From: Longimicrobiales bacterium
Lineage (GTDB): Bacteria; Gemmatimonadota; Gemmatimonadetes; Longimicrobiales; Gaopeijiaceae
Assembly (NCBI GenBank): GCA_041690395.1
Contig: JAWLHJ010000005.1
Coordinates: 160,001 to 224,000 of the forward strand
Reading direction: 5' to 3'
DNA length: 64,000 bases
Shown: positions 53,535 through 62,538 of the stretch, one piece after another
How the letters are laid out: every line of letters starts with the position of its first letter
Numbering within the stretch: position 1 is the first letter of the stretch
Translations under genes and position numbers: made by a program
Notes under the pieces: generated by a model
Seen by the model: the letters and a program-made list of their open reading frames with translations, nothing else
What the model was told of the DNA's origin: nothing
Databases searched by the model: none

Positions 53535-54658
53535 TGCGCATCCTGGGCATCGGGACCGCGGTTCCCGAGCACGACGCAGGCCAGGCCGAGGCCGCCGAGC
53601 TCCACGCCGAGCTCAGCGGACTGGACCGGGTCCGTTCGCGGGTGCTCCGGACGCTGTACCGCCGGTCGGGGGTGGAGCGTCGTGCGAGCGTGCTGCTCGA
53701 CCGCCCGGACGGGCTCCTGGCCGGGCGGCAGTCGTTCTACCGTCCGGTCCGGGACGAGGGTGACCTCGGCCCGTCGACCGCAGAGCGGATGGGCAGGTAC
53801 GAAGCGCACGCGCCCGGCCTCGCGCTGCGGGCCGCGGGGCGGGCGATGTCGGACGCGGGCCAGGACCCGGCGGGCGTCTCGCATCTAGTGACCGTCTCCT
53901 GCACCGGCTTCGCGTCTCCCGGTGTCGACATCCGGCTCGTGGAGGAGCTCGGGCTCGACCGCGACGTGACCCGGACGCAGGTGGGCTTCATGGGATGCCA
54001 CGGCGCGCTGAATGGTTTGCGCGTGGCGCACGGGTACGCGCGGGCCGAGCCGGAGAGCGTGGTGCTCCTGTGCGCCGTCGAGCTGTGCAGCCTGCACTTC
54101 GCCTACGGGTGGGATCCCGAGGTGATGGTGGCGAACGCGCTCTTCGCGGACGGAGCCGGGGCCGTGGTGTGCTCCGGCGAGCCGACTGTGGGTGGCCGTG
54201 CGGAGGAGCCTGCCGCTGCCGGCCCGCCCGCCGCCGACTGGACCGTAGCCAGCACCGGCACGGTGCTCCTCGACGAGTCGGGCGACGACATGACCTGGCG
54301 GATCGGGAACCATGGTTTCCGCATGACGCTCTCCTCGCGGGTGCCGGACATCATCGGGCGTGACCTCGCCGGCTGGCTCGAGCCGTGGCTGGCCCGGTCG
54401 GGGCTCGAGCCCGACGACGTGGCGACGTGGGCGGTGCATCCGGGCGGCCCGCGGATCCTGGACGCCGTGGAGGGTTCCCTGGGGCTGGATCGGTCCCGAA
54501 CGGAAGCGGCACGGTCGGTGCTCCGCGGCCACGGCAACATGTCTTCGGCGACGATCCTCTTCATCCTGGAACGGCTCAGGCGGGAGCGGGCACCGCTCCC
54601 GTGCGTCGCGCTCGCCTTCGGTCCGGGCCTCGTGGCCGAGGCGGCTCTGATCGTGTGA
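53534..54658 (+). CDS. Type III polyketide synthase
   Basis: Cys-His-Asn triad in FMGCHG, VHPGG, GNMSS; VSCTG, ELCSLH, AFGPG. Confidence 0.95.
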   Translation: MRILGIGTAVPEHDAGQAEAAELHAELSGLDRVRSRVLRTLYRRSGVERRASVLLDRPDGLLAGRQSFYRPVRDEGDLGPSTAERMGRYEAHAPGLALRAAGRAMSDAGQDPAGVSHLVTVSCTGFASPGVDIRLVEELGLDRDVTRTQVGFMGCHGALNGLRVAHGYARAEPESVVLLCAVELCSLHFAYGWDPEVMVANALFADGAGAVVCSGEPTVGGRAEEPAAAGPPAADWTVASTGTVLLDESGDDMTWRIGNHGFRMTLSSRVPDIIGRDLAGWLEPWLARSGLEPDDVATWAVHPGGPRILDAVEGSLGLDRSRTEAARSVLRGHGNMSSATILFILERLRRERAPLPCVALAFGPGLVAEAALIV

Positions 54659-54736
54659 CCCCCGGGGGGCCTGGCCGGCCGCCGACGACTTGCCTCCGCG
54701 GACCGGCGGGGGCATCGTGCCGGCCTCGTTTCGACC

Positions 54737-55043
54737 TAGCAGGTCGCTGAAGAAGGGGAGGACCCCGCGCGCATGGGGCTTTCGCTGGTCAGGCAAGGAA
54801 CGACGACGAGCCATAGCAGCGCTACGGCGAGCGAGGAGTGACGCCGCATCACCAGCGAAACCCCCATGCGCCCACCAAGTGGTATGATATGATCCTACAA
54901 ACTGAAGGGTTGGGGCGGCACGGCCCCGTTCCGGTCGTTGGAGCTCCTCCGCGTAGCTACGGCTATGCGGTCGTCGCTCCGCCTACGGCTCGGGGCCGTG
55001 GCGCTCCCAACGCGGGGTACTCCCCTTCTTCAGCGACCTGCTA
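54737..55043. mobile_element. Non-autonomous MITE-like element with 33-bp terminal inverted repeats and internal hairpins
   Basis: 54737-54769 TAGCAGGTCGCTGAAGAAGGGGAGGACCCCGCG matches the reverse complement of 55011-55043 at 32/33; terminal TA may be the target duplication; no coding capacity. Confidence 0.8.
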
Positions 55044-55094
55044 ACACGAGAGGATCACATGGGTGAGGAGCCTGGATCGGCCGGTGGCCGCGTC

Positions 55095-56738
55095 ATGCGG
55101 CGGAAGGATTTCCTGAGATCGGCGACGGCCGCTGCTGCGGCGGGCGCCCTGGGGCCGGCCGGGCTGGCGGCGTCCACGGTGCTGCCGCCGGACGCGGCCG
55201 ATGCACTGACGGCGCTTCGGGCTGGAGCGGCCGTCAGGTCCCAGGAGGCTCAGGAGGTCGCACCCCTCGGCAACGGCGAGCCACCGGCGTTCCAGTTCCA
55301 GGCGTACCCCGGCGGCACGGGCGCGCTGCTCGAGCGGCTCTGGAAGGAGCACGGCGGCGCTCCGTTCGCGCGGACGGAGATCGACCTCCAGCCGTGGACC
55401 GGTCCCGTTCCCACCTCCGAGGAGGACGTCGCCTTCCTCCCCGCCCATCGTCTCGGCGCCCTCATCCGGGCGGGGCACCTCACGTCCGTGGATCTGACCG
55501 AGATTTACCTGGAACGGCTGCGTCGCTACGACCCCGTGCTGATGTGCGCCGTGCAGATCCTCGAGGGCCGCGGGCGTGAGGAGGCCCAGGAGGCCGACAG
55601 GGAGCTTCGCGCCGGGACGTGGCGCGGCCCGTTGCACGGCGTACCGTACGGCGTCAAAGATCTTTTCGCGGTGGCGGGATCACGGACGGCCTGGGGCTCG
55701 GACGCGTTCCAGGACCAGGTGCTCGACTTCGACTCCGAGATCGTGGTCCGGCTCCGGGAAGCGGGCGCCGTGCTCATCGCGAAGCTCGCAACCGGTGAGT
55801 TCGCGCAGGGCGACCAGTGGTTCCGCGGACGGACCCTGAATCCGTGGAACACCGACGAGGGCTCGAGTGGCTCGTCGGCGGGCCCCGGCTCGGCCACGGC
55901 GGCGGGATTGGTCGGCTTCTCGATCGGCACCGAGACACAGGGCTCCATCGTTTCTCCGTCCCGTCGGAACGGACTGAGCGCGCTGCGCCCCACGCACGGG
56001 CGGGTCAGCCGGCACGGAGGCATGGTGCTGTCGTGGAGCATGGACAAGCCCGGTCCGATGTGCCGGAGCATCGAGGACTGCGCGCACGTCTTCAACGCGA
56101 TCCACGGTTCCGACGAAAAGGACCCGGGGTCGCTCACCGCGCCCTTCCGGTTCGACCGCACGCCCGACCTGTCGGAGCTGGCGATCGGGTACACGCCCGA
56201 CGCTCCCGAGTCGTTTCTCGAAGCGCTCACCGGACGCGGCGCTGCCCCGATGCCCATGGCGGACCTGCCGAACGGCAGCTCGAATGCGATCTCCGTCGAG
56301 AGCGCGGCTGCGTTCGAGTATCACATCGGCACCGACGGTCCGACCGAGGCCGTCCTCCAGGGGCTCGATGATCGCGCGCGCCGTCGGGCCACGCGCTTCA
56401 CCCGGGGTCGCGAGGTCAGCGCGGTCGACTATATCCAGTCGCAGCGCCGCCGCTACCTCGTCATGAAGGAGATGGAGCGCGCCATGAGCGGCTTCGACAT
56501 GTTCGTGAGCGGCTCCGGCCACATCGGGCTCACGAACACGACGGGGCATCCGTCCGTGGTCGTGCCCTACGGCTTCGGCGTCCGTAACCCCGACGACGAG
56601 AGCCCAACCGAAATGCCCCTCACGACCATGCTGGTCGGCGCGCTGTTCGCCGACGACAAGCTCCTGAGCGTGGCGCACGCCTTCCAGTCCACCACGGACT
56701 GGCACCTCCGACATCCCGACATGACCGAGCTGGGTTGA
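55095..56738 (+). CDS. Amidase-signature family enzyme with Tat signal
   Basis: MRRKDFL twin-Arg; GPLHGVPYGVKD; GSSGSSAG; GTETQGSI. Confidence 0.9.
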   Translation: MRRKDFLRSATAAAAAGALGPAGLAASTVLPPDAADALTALRAGAAVRSQEAQEVAPLGNGEPPAFQFQAYPGGTGALLERLWKEHGGAPFARTEIDLQPWTGPVPTSEEDVAFLPAHRLGALIRAGHLTSVDLTEIYLERLRRYDPVLMCAVQILEGRGREEAQEADRELRAGTWRGPLHGVPYGVKDLFAVAGSRTAWGSDAFQDQVLDFDSEIVVRLREAGAVLIAKLATGEFAQGDQWFRGRTLNPWNTDEGSSGSSAGPGSATAAGLVGFSIGTETQGSIVSPSRRNGLSALRPTHGRVSRHGGMVLSWSMDKPGPMCRSIEDCAHVFNAIHGSDEKDPGSLTAPFRFDRTPDLSELAIGYTPDAPESFLEALTGRGAAPMPMADLPNGSSNAISVESAAAFEYHIGTDGPTEAVLQGLDDRARRRATRFTRGREVSAVDYIQSQRRRYLVMKEMERAMSGFDMFVSGSGHIGLTNTTGHPSVVVPYGFGVRNPDDESPTEMPLTTMLVGALFADDKLLSVAHAFQSTTDWHLRHPDMTELG

Positions 56739-56743
56739 GACCG

Positions 56744-58357
56744 ATGCGACAGACTTCCGGACCCCTCGTCGGACGATTCCTGACGATTTTCTTCGCGGTC
56801 GTGGTGGTCCCGGCGGCCGTTCCGCCCATTGCCGCCCACGCGCAGGTCGACGTCGTCGAGCTGACCGTGGCCGACATCGAGGAGGGACTCCGCTCGGGCG
56901 CCTTCACCGCCGAGGAGCTTACGCGCGCCTCACTGGAGCGGATCGGGCGCTACGAGAGCCACTACAACGCGTTCATCTCCATGAACCCCGACGCGCTGGC
57001 GATCGCGCAGGCGCTCGACGTGGAGTACGCGGGCACCGGGCCGCGCGGTCCACTCCACGGCGTACCGGTGGTCATCAAGGACAACATCGACTACGCCGGA
57101 CTCGTGACGACGGCCGGCTTCGACGGCTTCAGCAGCGCCGCGGGCGGCGTCGACATGGTCCCGGAGCGGCACGCCACCGTCGTGCGGCGCCTCCAGGAAG
57201 CGGGGGCGGTCATTCTCGGCAAGACGAACCTGCCCGATTTCGCCGGGCACGGGACGCGGACGGAGAGCTCCGTGGCCGGTGTCACGCTCAACCCGTACGA
57301 CGTCACGAAGGTGCCGGGCGGGTCGAGCGGGGGCACCGCGACCGCGGTGAACGCCTCCTTCGCGGTGCTCGGACTCGGGACGGAGACGGGCGGTTCCATC
57401 GAGAACCCCGCGGGCGCGCAGGGGCTGGTCGGCATCAAGCCCACGTACGGCCTCACGCCCATCGACGGGATCGTGCCGCTGAGCGGGACATACGTCGACG
57501 TGGTCGGTCCGTTGGCCCGTACGGTGCGCGACGCGGCGATCGCCCTCGACGCGCTCGCCGGCCCGACGCCCGAGGATCTGGCCACGTACGCCGCCGCCGG
57601 GCGGATGCCACTGAGCGGGTACGCCGCGGCGCTCGTTCCCGGTGCCGTCGAAGGCAAGCGCTTCGGCCTGGTCGGAACGGGGTGGCGCGACGACTTCCTT
57701 CCGCTCCATCCCGAGACCGAGCGGATGTACCGGGAGGCCGTCGCCGTGCTGGAGCGCCTGGGCGGTACCGCCGTCGAGGATCCGTTCGCGGAGACCGGCT
57801 TCAAGGAGCTCTACGAGGAGCGCACGGGTGTCCCGTCGCAGTCCGCTTACGACATGCATCTGTACATGGAGCGGCTCGGCACCGGCGCGCCGTTCGACTC
57901 CGTGGAGGAGTGGGAGGCGTTGAGCGGCCGGACGCTCAACCGGGTGCGTCGGAACGGGGAGCTGGCGCCGCCGGCACGTCCGAGCGCCACCGAAGAGGGC
58001 GACGCCTACCAGGCGTGGCGCCACGAGATCCGTGGCCTGTTCCGTCGGGTGCTCGCGGACCACGACCTCGACGCGCTCTTCTTCCCCCAGGCGGGCGAGC
58101 CGAACCGGCCGCTGGTGGAGGACCCCGAGCGGCCGGACTACAAGCCCAACAACTGGGCGGAGCTGCCGAGCAACATCATCAACGACCTCGGCGTGCCGGT
58201 GGTGACCGTGCCCTTCGGCCACTACGAGGACGGCACCCCGTTCGTGCTCGCGCTCATCGGCGACAGCTGGACGGAGCCCGAGCTGCTGGCGTTCGCCTAC
58301 GCGCTCGAGCAGGCAGTCGACGGTCGGAGGGCGCCGGAGCTGGTCCCGGCACCCTGA
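56744..58357 (+). CDS. Exported amidase-signature family enzyme
   Basis: Sec signal ending AHA-Q; GPLHGVPVVIKD; PGGSSGG; GTETGGSI. Confidence 0.9.
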   Translation: MRQTSGPLVGRFLTIFFAVVVVPAAVPPIAAHAQVDVVELTVADIEEGLRSGAFTAEELTRASLERIGRYESHYNAFISMNPDALAIAQALDVEYAGTGPRGPLHGVPVVIKDNIDYAGLVTTAGFDGFSSAAGGVDMVPERHATVVRRLQEAGAVILGKTNLPDFAGHGTRTESSVAGVTLNPYDVTKVPGGSSGGTATAVNASFAVLGLGTETGGSIENPAGAQGLVGIKPTYGLTPIDGIVPLSGTYVDVVGPLARTVRDAAIALDALAGPTPEDLATYAAAGRMPLSGYAAALVPGAVEGKRFGLVGTGWRDDFLPLHPETERMYREAVAVLERLGGTAVEDPFAETGFKELYEERTGVPSQSAYDMHLYMERLGTGAPFDSVEEWEALSGRTLNRVRRNGELAPPARPSATEEGDAYQAWRHEIRGLFRRVLADHDLDALFFPQAGEPNRPLVEDPERPDYKPNNWAELPSNIINDLGVPVVTVPFGHYEDGTPFVLALIGDSWTEPELLAFAYALEQAVDGRRAPELVPAP

Positions 58358-58359
58358 CA

Positions 58360-58383
58360 CCCCCCCCCGATTGATCGGGGGGG
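58360..58383. terminator. C-run/G-run hairpin after the amidase pair (possible terminator)
   Basis: CCCCCCCCCGAT-TG-ATCGGGGGGG just after the stop codon; no U-tract. Confidence 0.4.
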
Positions 58384-58442
58384 CGGCTCCGCGATACCTT
58401 CGGGCGCGGCTCGACTGGTCACGCAGGCACCTCGGAGGATTC

Positions 58443-59189
58443 GTGGCAGGGCACAACAAGTGGTCGAAGATCAAGCGCAAGAAGGCGGTCAACGACGCCA
58501 GGCGCGGGGCCCAGTTCACCAAGCTGATCCGCGAGATCACCGTCGCGGCCAGGGAGGGCGGTGGCGATCCGGAGTACAACGCCCGGCTGCGCCTGGCCGT
58601 GGACACCGCCAAGGCGGCGTCGATGCCCGCCGAGAACATCGAGCGCGCCATCAAGAAGGGGACGGGTGAGCTCGAGGGCGTCGCGTACGAAGAGGTCACC
58701 TACGAAGGGTACGGCCCCGGCGGCGTGGCGCTCTTCATCGAGTGCCTCACCGACAACACCAACCGCAGCGTCGCCGATGTCCGGCACGCCCTCGGCAAGC
58801 ACGACGGCAGTCTGGGAACGGACGGCTCGGTGGCGTGGCAGTTCGACCGGAAGGGTCAGATCGTCATCGACGCCAACCGGTACACGGAGGAGTCCGTCTT
58901 CGAGGCGGCCATCGAGGCCGGAGCCGAGGACGTCGAGCGCGACGGTGACGAGTTCATCGTCACGACGGACCCCACCGACTTCGCCGCCGTCCAGGACGGC
59001 ATCAAGGCGGCGGGCGTCGAAGCGAGCTCGGCCGAGCTGACACGCGTCGCGAAGAACGAGGTGCCCGTGGGCGGGAAGGACGCGGAGAAGCTCCTGAAGC
59101 TCCTCGAGGTGCTCGACGAGCTCGACGACGTCCAGAAGGTTCACTCCAACGCCGACATCGACGAAGCGATTCTCGCGGAGGCGATGTAG
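58443..59189 (+). CDS. yebC: YebC/PmpR family protein
   Basis: AGHNKWSKIKRKK, YEGYGPGG, TDNTNR, DDVQKVHSN. Confidence 0.96.
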   Translation: MAGHNKWSKIKRKKAVNDARRGAQFTKLIREITVAAREGGGDPEYNARLRLAVDTAKAASMPAENIERAIKKGTGELEGVAYEEVTYEGYGPGGVALFIECLTDNTNRSVADVRHALGKHDGSLGTDGSVAWQFDRKGQIVIDANRYTEESVFEAAIEAGAEDVERDGDEFIVTTDPTDFAAVQDGIKAAGVEASSAELTRVAKNEVPVGGKDAEKLLKLLEVLDELDDVQKVHSNADIDEAILAEAM

Positions 59190-59220
59190 CGGTGGGTCGC
59201 CGGCGCCCGGCGGGCAGGCC

Positions 59221-59754
59221 GTGACCGGGCCGCCCGGCGAGCGCCCGGGAGCCGAGGGTGTGGTCGTGCTCGGGGTCGACCCCGGTACGGCCGCGACCGG
59301 GTACGGAGTCGTCGTCCGGACCGGTCCGGGACGGGTCCGGCTGCTCGAGTGCGGCGTCGTGCGGACGTCGGCCGGCTCGCCGATGGTGACGCGCATCCGT
59401 GAGATCCACGAGGAGATCGTCGGCCTCGTCGAGCGCCATCGGCCGCACGTCATGTCGGTCGAGGACGTCTTCCACGGCAAGAACGCCCAGAGCGCCCTCA
59501 AGCTCGGGCATGCCCGTGGCGCCATCCTGCTGGCCGCCTCGCTGCGCGATCTTCCGGTCGCGGAGTACGCTCCGAGACAGATCAAGAAGGCCGTCGTAGG
59601 CCACGGCAACGCTTCCAAGGACCAGGTCGGCTTCATGGTGCAGAAACAGCTCCGTCTCCAAGCTCCGCCCACGCCCGCCGACGCGGCGGACGGTGTGGCG
59701 GCGGCGCTTTGCCACTGCCTCATGGGCAGCTTCCCGGCCGGAGGCGGCGTATGA
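59221..59754 (+). CDS. ruvC: Holliday junction resolvase RuvC
   Basis: LGVDPG..TGYG, EDVF, LGHARG, IKKAVVG.G.ASK.QV, DAAD. Confidence 0.96.
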   Translation: MTGPPGERPGAEGVVVLGVDPGTAATGYGVVVRTGPGRVRLLECGVVRTSAGSPMVTRIREIHEEIVGLVERHRPHVMSVEDVFHGKNAQSALKLGHARGAILLAASLRDLPVAEYAPRQIKKAVVGHGNASKDQVGFMVQKQLRLQAPPTPADAADGVAAALCHCLMGSFPAGGGV

Positions 59755-60347
59755 TCTCCCGGGTGGGCGGCACCCTGCTCACGCGCCAGCCCGACCGGGT
59801 CGAGATCGAGACGTCCGGGGGCGTCGTATACGAGATCGAGATCCCGCTGACGGTCTTCCAGAAGATCCCGCAGGTGGGCTCCGCGATTTCGCTTCGGACC
59901 TACCAGGTGGTGACGGATTCGTCCGTCGCCCTGTACGGCTTCATGGAGGCCGCGGAACGGACGTTGTTCCAGCGGCTGCTCGGCGCTTCCGGTGTGGGCG
60001 CGAAGGTCGCGCTGGCCATGATGTCGACCTACCAGGTCGAGCGTCTCGCCCGTGCCCTGGTGGAGAAGGACATCACGGCGCTGCAGCAGGTGACCGGCAT
60101 CGGGAAGAAGAAGGCCGAGAAGATCGCGCTCGAGCTCTCGGACAAGGTCGAGGATCTCGCGATCGTCACGCCGGGACGCGGCGAGGACGGCGCCGCTGCC
60201 GGGACCCAGGCTGCGATCAAGGCGCTCGTGGCGCTCGGCTACACCTTCTCCGAGGCCGACCAGGCCGTGCGCGCGGTGATCGCGGAGGGCGTTCCGGACA
60301 GCACGGACGCGCTCATCCGGAAGGCTCTGGCCGAGCGGGGGAAGTAG
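59751..60347 (+). CDS. ruvA: Holliday junction branch migration protein RuvA
   Basis: LYGF, SGVGAKVAL, GIGKKKAEKIALEL, ALVALGY. Confidence 0.96.
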   Translation: MISRVGGTLLTRQPDRVEIETSGGVVYEIEIPLTVFQKIPQVGSAISLRTYQVVTDSSVALYGFMEAAERTLFQRLLGASGVGAKVALAMMSTYQVERLARALVEKDITALQQVTGIGKKKAEKIALELSDKVEDLAIVTPGRGEDGAAAGTQAAIKALVALGYTFSEADQAVRAVIAEGVPDSTDALIRKALAERGK

Positions 60348-60407
60348 GAGCGGACGCGGGGAACGAGCGCGAGGCACGCGCCTCGCCCCCCGCGCTCGCC
60401 ACGCCGC

Positions 60408-62489
60408 TTACTCGATCTTCGCGAACCGCACGTCCCGGGTCCGCCCGTTCGACATGTAGAAGCCGATGACCTCGCCGTTCCGGTCTCGCTCGAAGGAGAG
60501 GGTCAGGTTCCCGCCGGAGAACGTGTCTTCGGCACCGGGCGTGAGCGTCGCGTCGTCCAGGCGGCGGTGCTGGAGCACCAGATGTGGACCAGGAGCATCG
60601 TCGTCGCCCTCGACGGCGCCCTCCGCGTCCTCTTCCGCATCGGCCGCCCGGTCACCCCCGGCCATCTCCAGGGTGACGTCGAAGAACGTCTCGAGCTCCT
60701 CGCTGAAGTAGCGACCCACGAAGTCGGGCAGCTCCTCCGCGTCGGGCTCCCATGCGTCTGCGGCCGCGCCGTCGAGCCGGGTGGCGTGCTGGGTCTGGCC
60801 GCCCTGCGTCAGCGTCACCCCGTCCACCTCCCCGTCGTCGTTCCGATGGAACGCCACGGACGCTTCGACGACCGTGAGGGAGAACGTCGTGTCCGAGGTG
60901 GGCTCGATCTCGACCCGCGGCTGACCGGTGACCTGGGTGTAGAGCGTCTCACCCTCGCGCGAGAAGGTGAGGACGACGTTCGGCGCGGCGTCGAGTGCGT
61001 AGCGGCCCGCGAGCTCGTCGAAGGCTTCGGGCTCGTACGACGCCGGATCGAAGGCCTCGTCCTCGGCCGTGGCCGTCGGCTCTTCGGGCTCCATGGCGTC
61101 CTCGAAGAACGCCTCGGCGATACGGAACGCCACGTTGCTGTTGAAGCCGGCGTGGTTGCTCTGGGTCGTGATGCCGGCCTCGATCTCGGGGTAGTAGGCG
61201 ACCATGGAGCGGTGCGCGATGTCCGCACCGCCGTGATGGACCCTGCGGAGCCCACGGTGCTCGTCGATGAACACGCCGTAGCCGTAGTCGGTGGTGTCGC
61301 CGTCGGCGAGCACGTAGGGCGTCATCATCTCGTCGATCATCGCGGGCGTTCCGACCTGGGGGTTCGCGTAGTTCTCGACCCAGGTCTGCAGGTCCCCGAC
61401 CGTCGCGTAGATCCCGCCGGCTCCGACGGCCGCACCCAGGTCGCGGATCTCCGTGAACCCGTCCGGACCGGGCGCGTATCCCTGCGACCGATTCGGGACG
61501 ATCGCCGCGGGGTGGGGCCGGACCATCGTCCCGGACATCCCGAGGGGCTCGAAGACGTTCCGCTCCTTGTACTCGTGGAACGGCATGCCGGACGTGCGCT
61601 CGACGACGAGGGCCGCGAGTGCGAAGGCCGTGTTGTTGTAGTTGAACTCGGCGCCGGGGACGTTCTGGAGCTTCGGCTGATTCTTCACCACGGTGAGGAT
61701 CTCGTCGCGATCGACGTAGTCGCCCAGGTCGATACGCCGGCCGGTCATGATCAGCAGGTTGAAGATCTCCCGCAGCCCGGAGGTGTGGGTGAGGAGGTGC
61801 CGGACCGTGATGGGCTCGTCGAAGGCGGGCAGCTCGGGCACGTGCTCCCGGATGTCGTCGTCGAGGGACAGCGCGCCGCGCTCGGCCTCGAGCATCACCG
61901 CGAACGCCGTGAACTGCTTCGAGCTGGAGCCGATGTTCGTGCGGGTGTCGGTCTCGAAGGGGATCCCGTATGCGAGGTTCGCCGTCCCGTACGCCCTCGA
62001 GAGGAGCGTCTCGCCGCCCCGCCACACCCGGACGGCCGCTCCCGGCGAGCCCACGTCGGCGTAGGGAGACATGAGCTGATCGACGAGCTCCTCCGGGTCT
62101 TCGGCGAGCGGCTCGAGGCGGTGGAGGGTGATGCTGAAGTCGCCTCCCTCGTCTTCGTCGGCGATGACCTGGATGACGTGACGGCCGGCTTCCCGGGTCT
62201 CGCCCGAGAAGCGGTCGAGGCCGCGCCTCGTCACGTCGACCCGCGCCACCTGCTCGCCCGCTGGATCCACGACGCGCACAACGGCATCCACCGAGATCTG
62301 ATCGACCTCACCGAAGACGTACCACTCCTCACCGGTCTCGATGGCGTATCGGGCGGTGTCTCCCGCGGCCAGGGTTCCCTGGAGGGTCTGCCCCGCCGAG
62401 AGCGGTGTCTCCTGCGCGGCCAGCTGGCCGGGGAGCCAGCAGAGAAGGAGCAGGACCAGCGGGCGGAGCGGGTTCGTGCCGTGGAGCAT
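60408..62489 (-). CDS. Exported serine hydrolase (beta-lactamase class C-like) with N-terminal PPC-like and C-terminal DUF3471-like domains
   Basis: IGSSSKQF (SxxK), LLTHTSG, YNN, HHGG. Confidence 0.88.
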   Translation of the reverse strand: MLHGTNPLRPLVLLLLCWLPGQLAAQETPLSAGQTLQGTLAAGDTARYAIETGEEWYVFGEVDQISVDAVVRVVDPAGEQVARVDVTRRGLDRFSGETREAGRHVIQVIADEDEGGDFSITLHRLEPLAEDPEELVDQLMSPYADVGSPGAAVRVWRGGETLLSRAYGTANLAYGIPFETDTRTNIGSSSKQFTAFAVMLEAERGALSLDDDIREHVPELPAFDEPITVRHLLTHTSGLREIFNLLIMTGRRIDLGDYVDRDEILTVVKNQPKLQNVPGAEFNYNNTAFALAALVVERTSGMPFHEYKERNVFEPLGMSGTMVRPHPAAIVPNRSQGYAPGPDGFTEIRDLGAAVGAGGIYATVGDLQTWVENYANPQVGTPAMIDEMMTPYVLADGDTTDYGYGVFIDEHRGLRRVHHGGADIAHRSMVAYYPEIEAGITTQSNHAGFNSNVAFRIAEAFFEDAMEPEEPTATAEDEAFDPASYEPEAFDELAGRYALDAAPNVVLTFSREGETLYTQVTGQPRVEIEPTSDTTFSLTVVEASVAFHRNDDGEVDGVTLTQGGQTQHATRLDGAAADAWEPDAEELPDFVGRYFSEELETFFDVTLEMAGGDRAADAEEDAEGAVEGDDDAPGPHLVLQHRRLDDATLTPGAEDTFSGGNLTLSFERDRNGEVIGFYMSNGRTRDVRFAKIE

Positions 62490-62538
62490 GGTGCGCCTCG
62501 TGTGCGATGGGGGCTGTCGAGCCACCCTCACATACGGC

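Noticed and set aside
54838..55044. 68-aa ORF inside the MITE-like element
   Set aside because: No recognisable motif; the sequence is explained by the inverted-repeat structure.
60348..60407. REP family formed by GC hairpins between convergent genes (also 17168-17212)
   Set aside because: The hairpins share no sequence; more simply individual bidirectional terminator-like structures.
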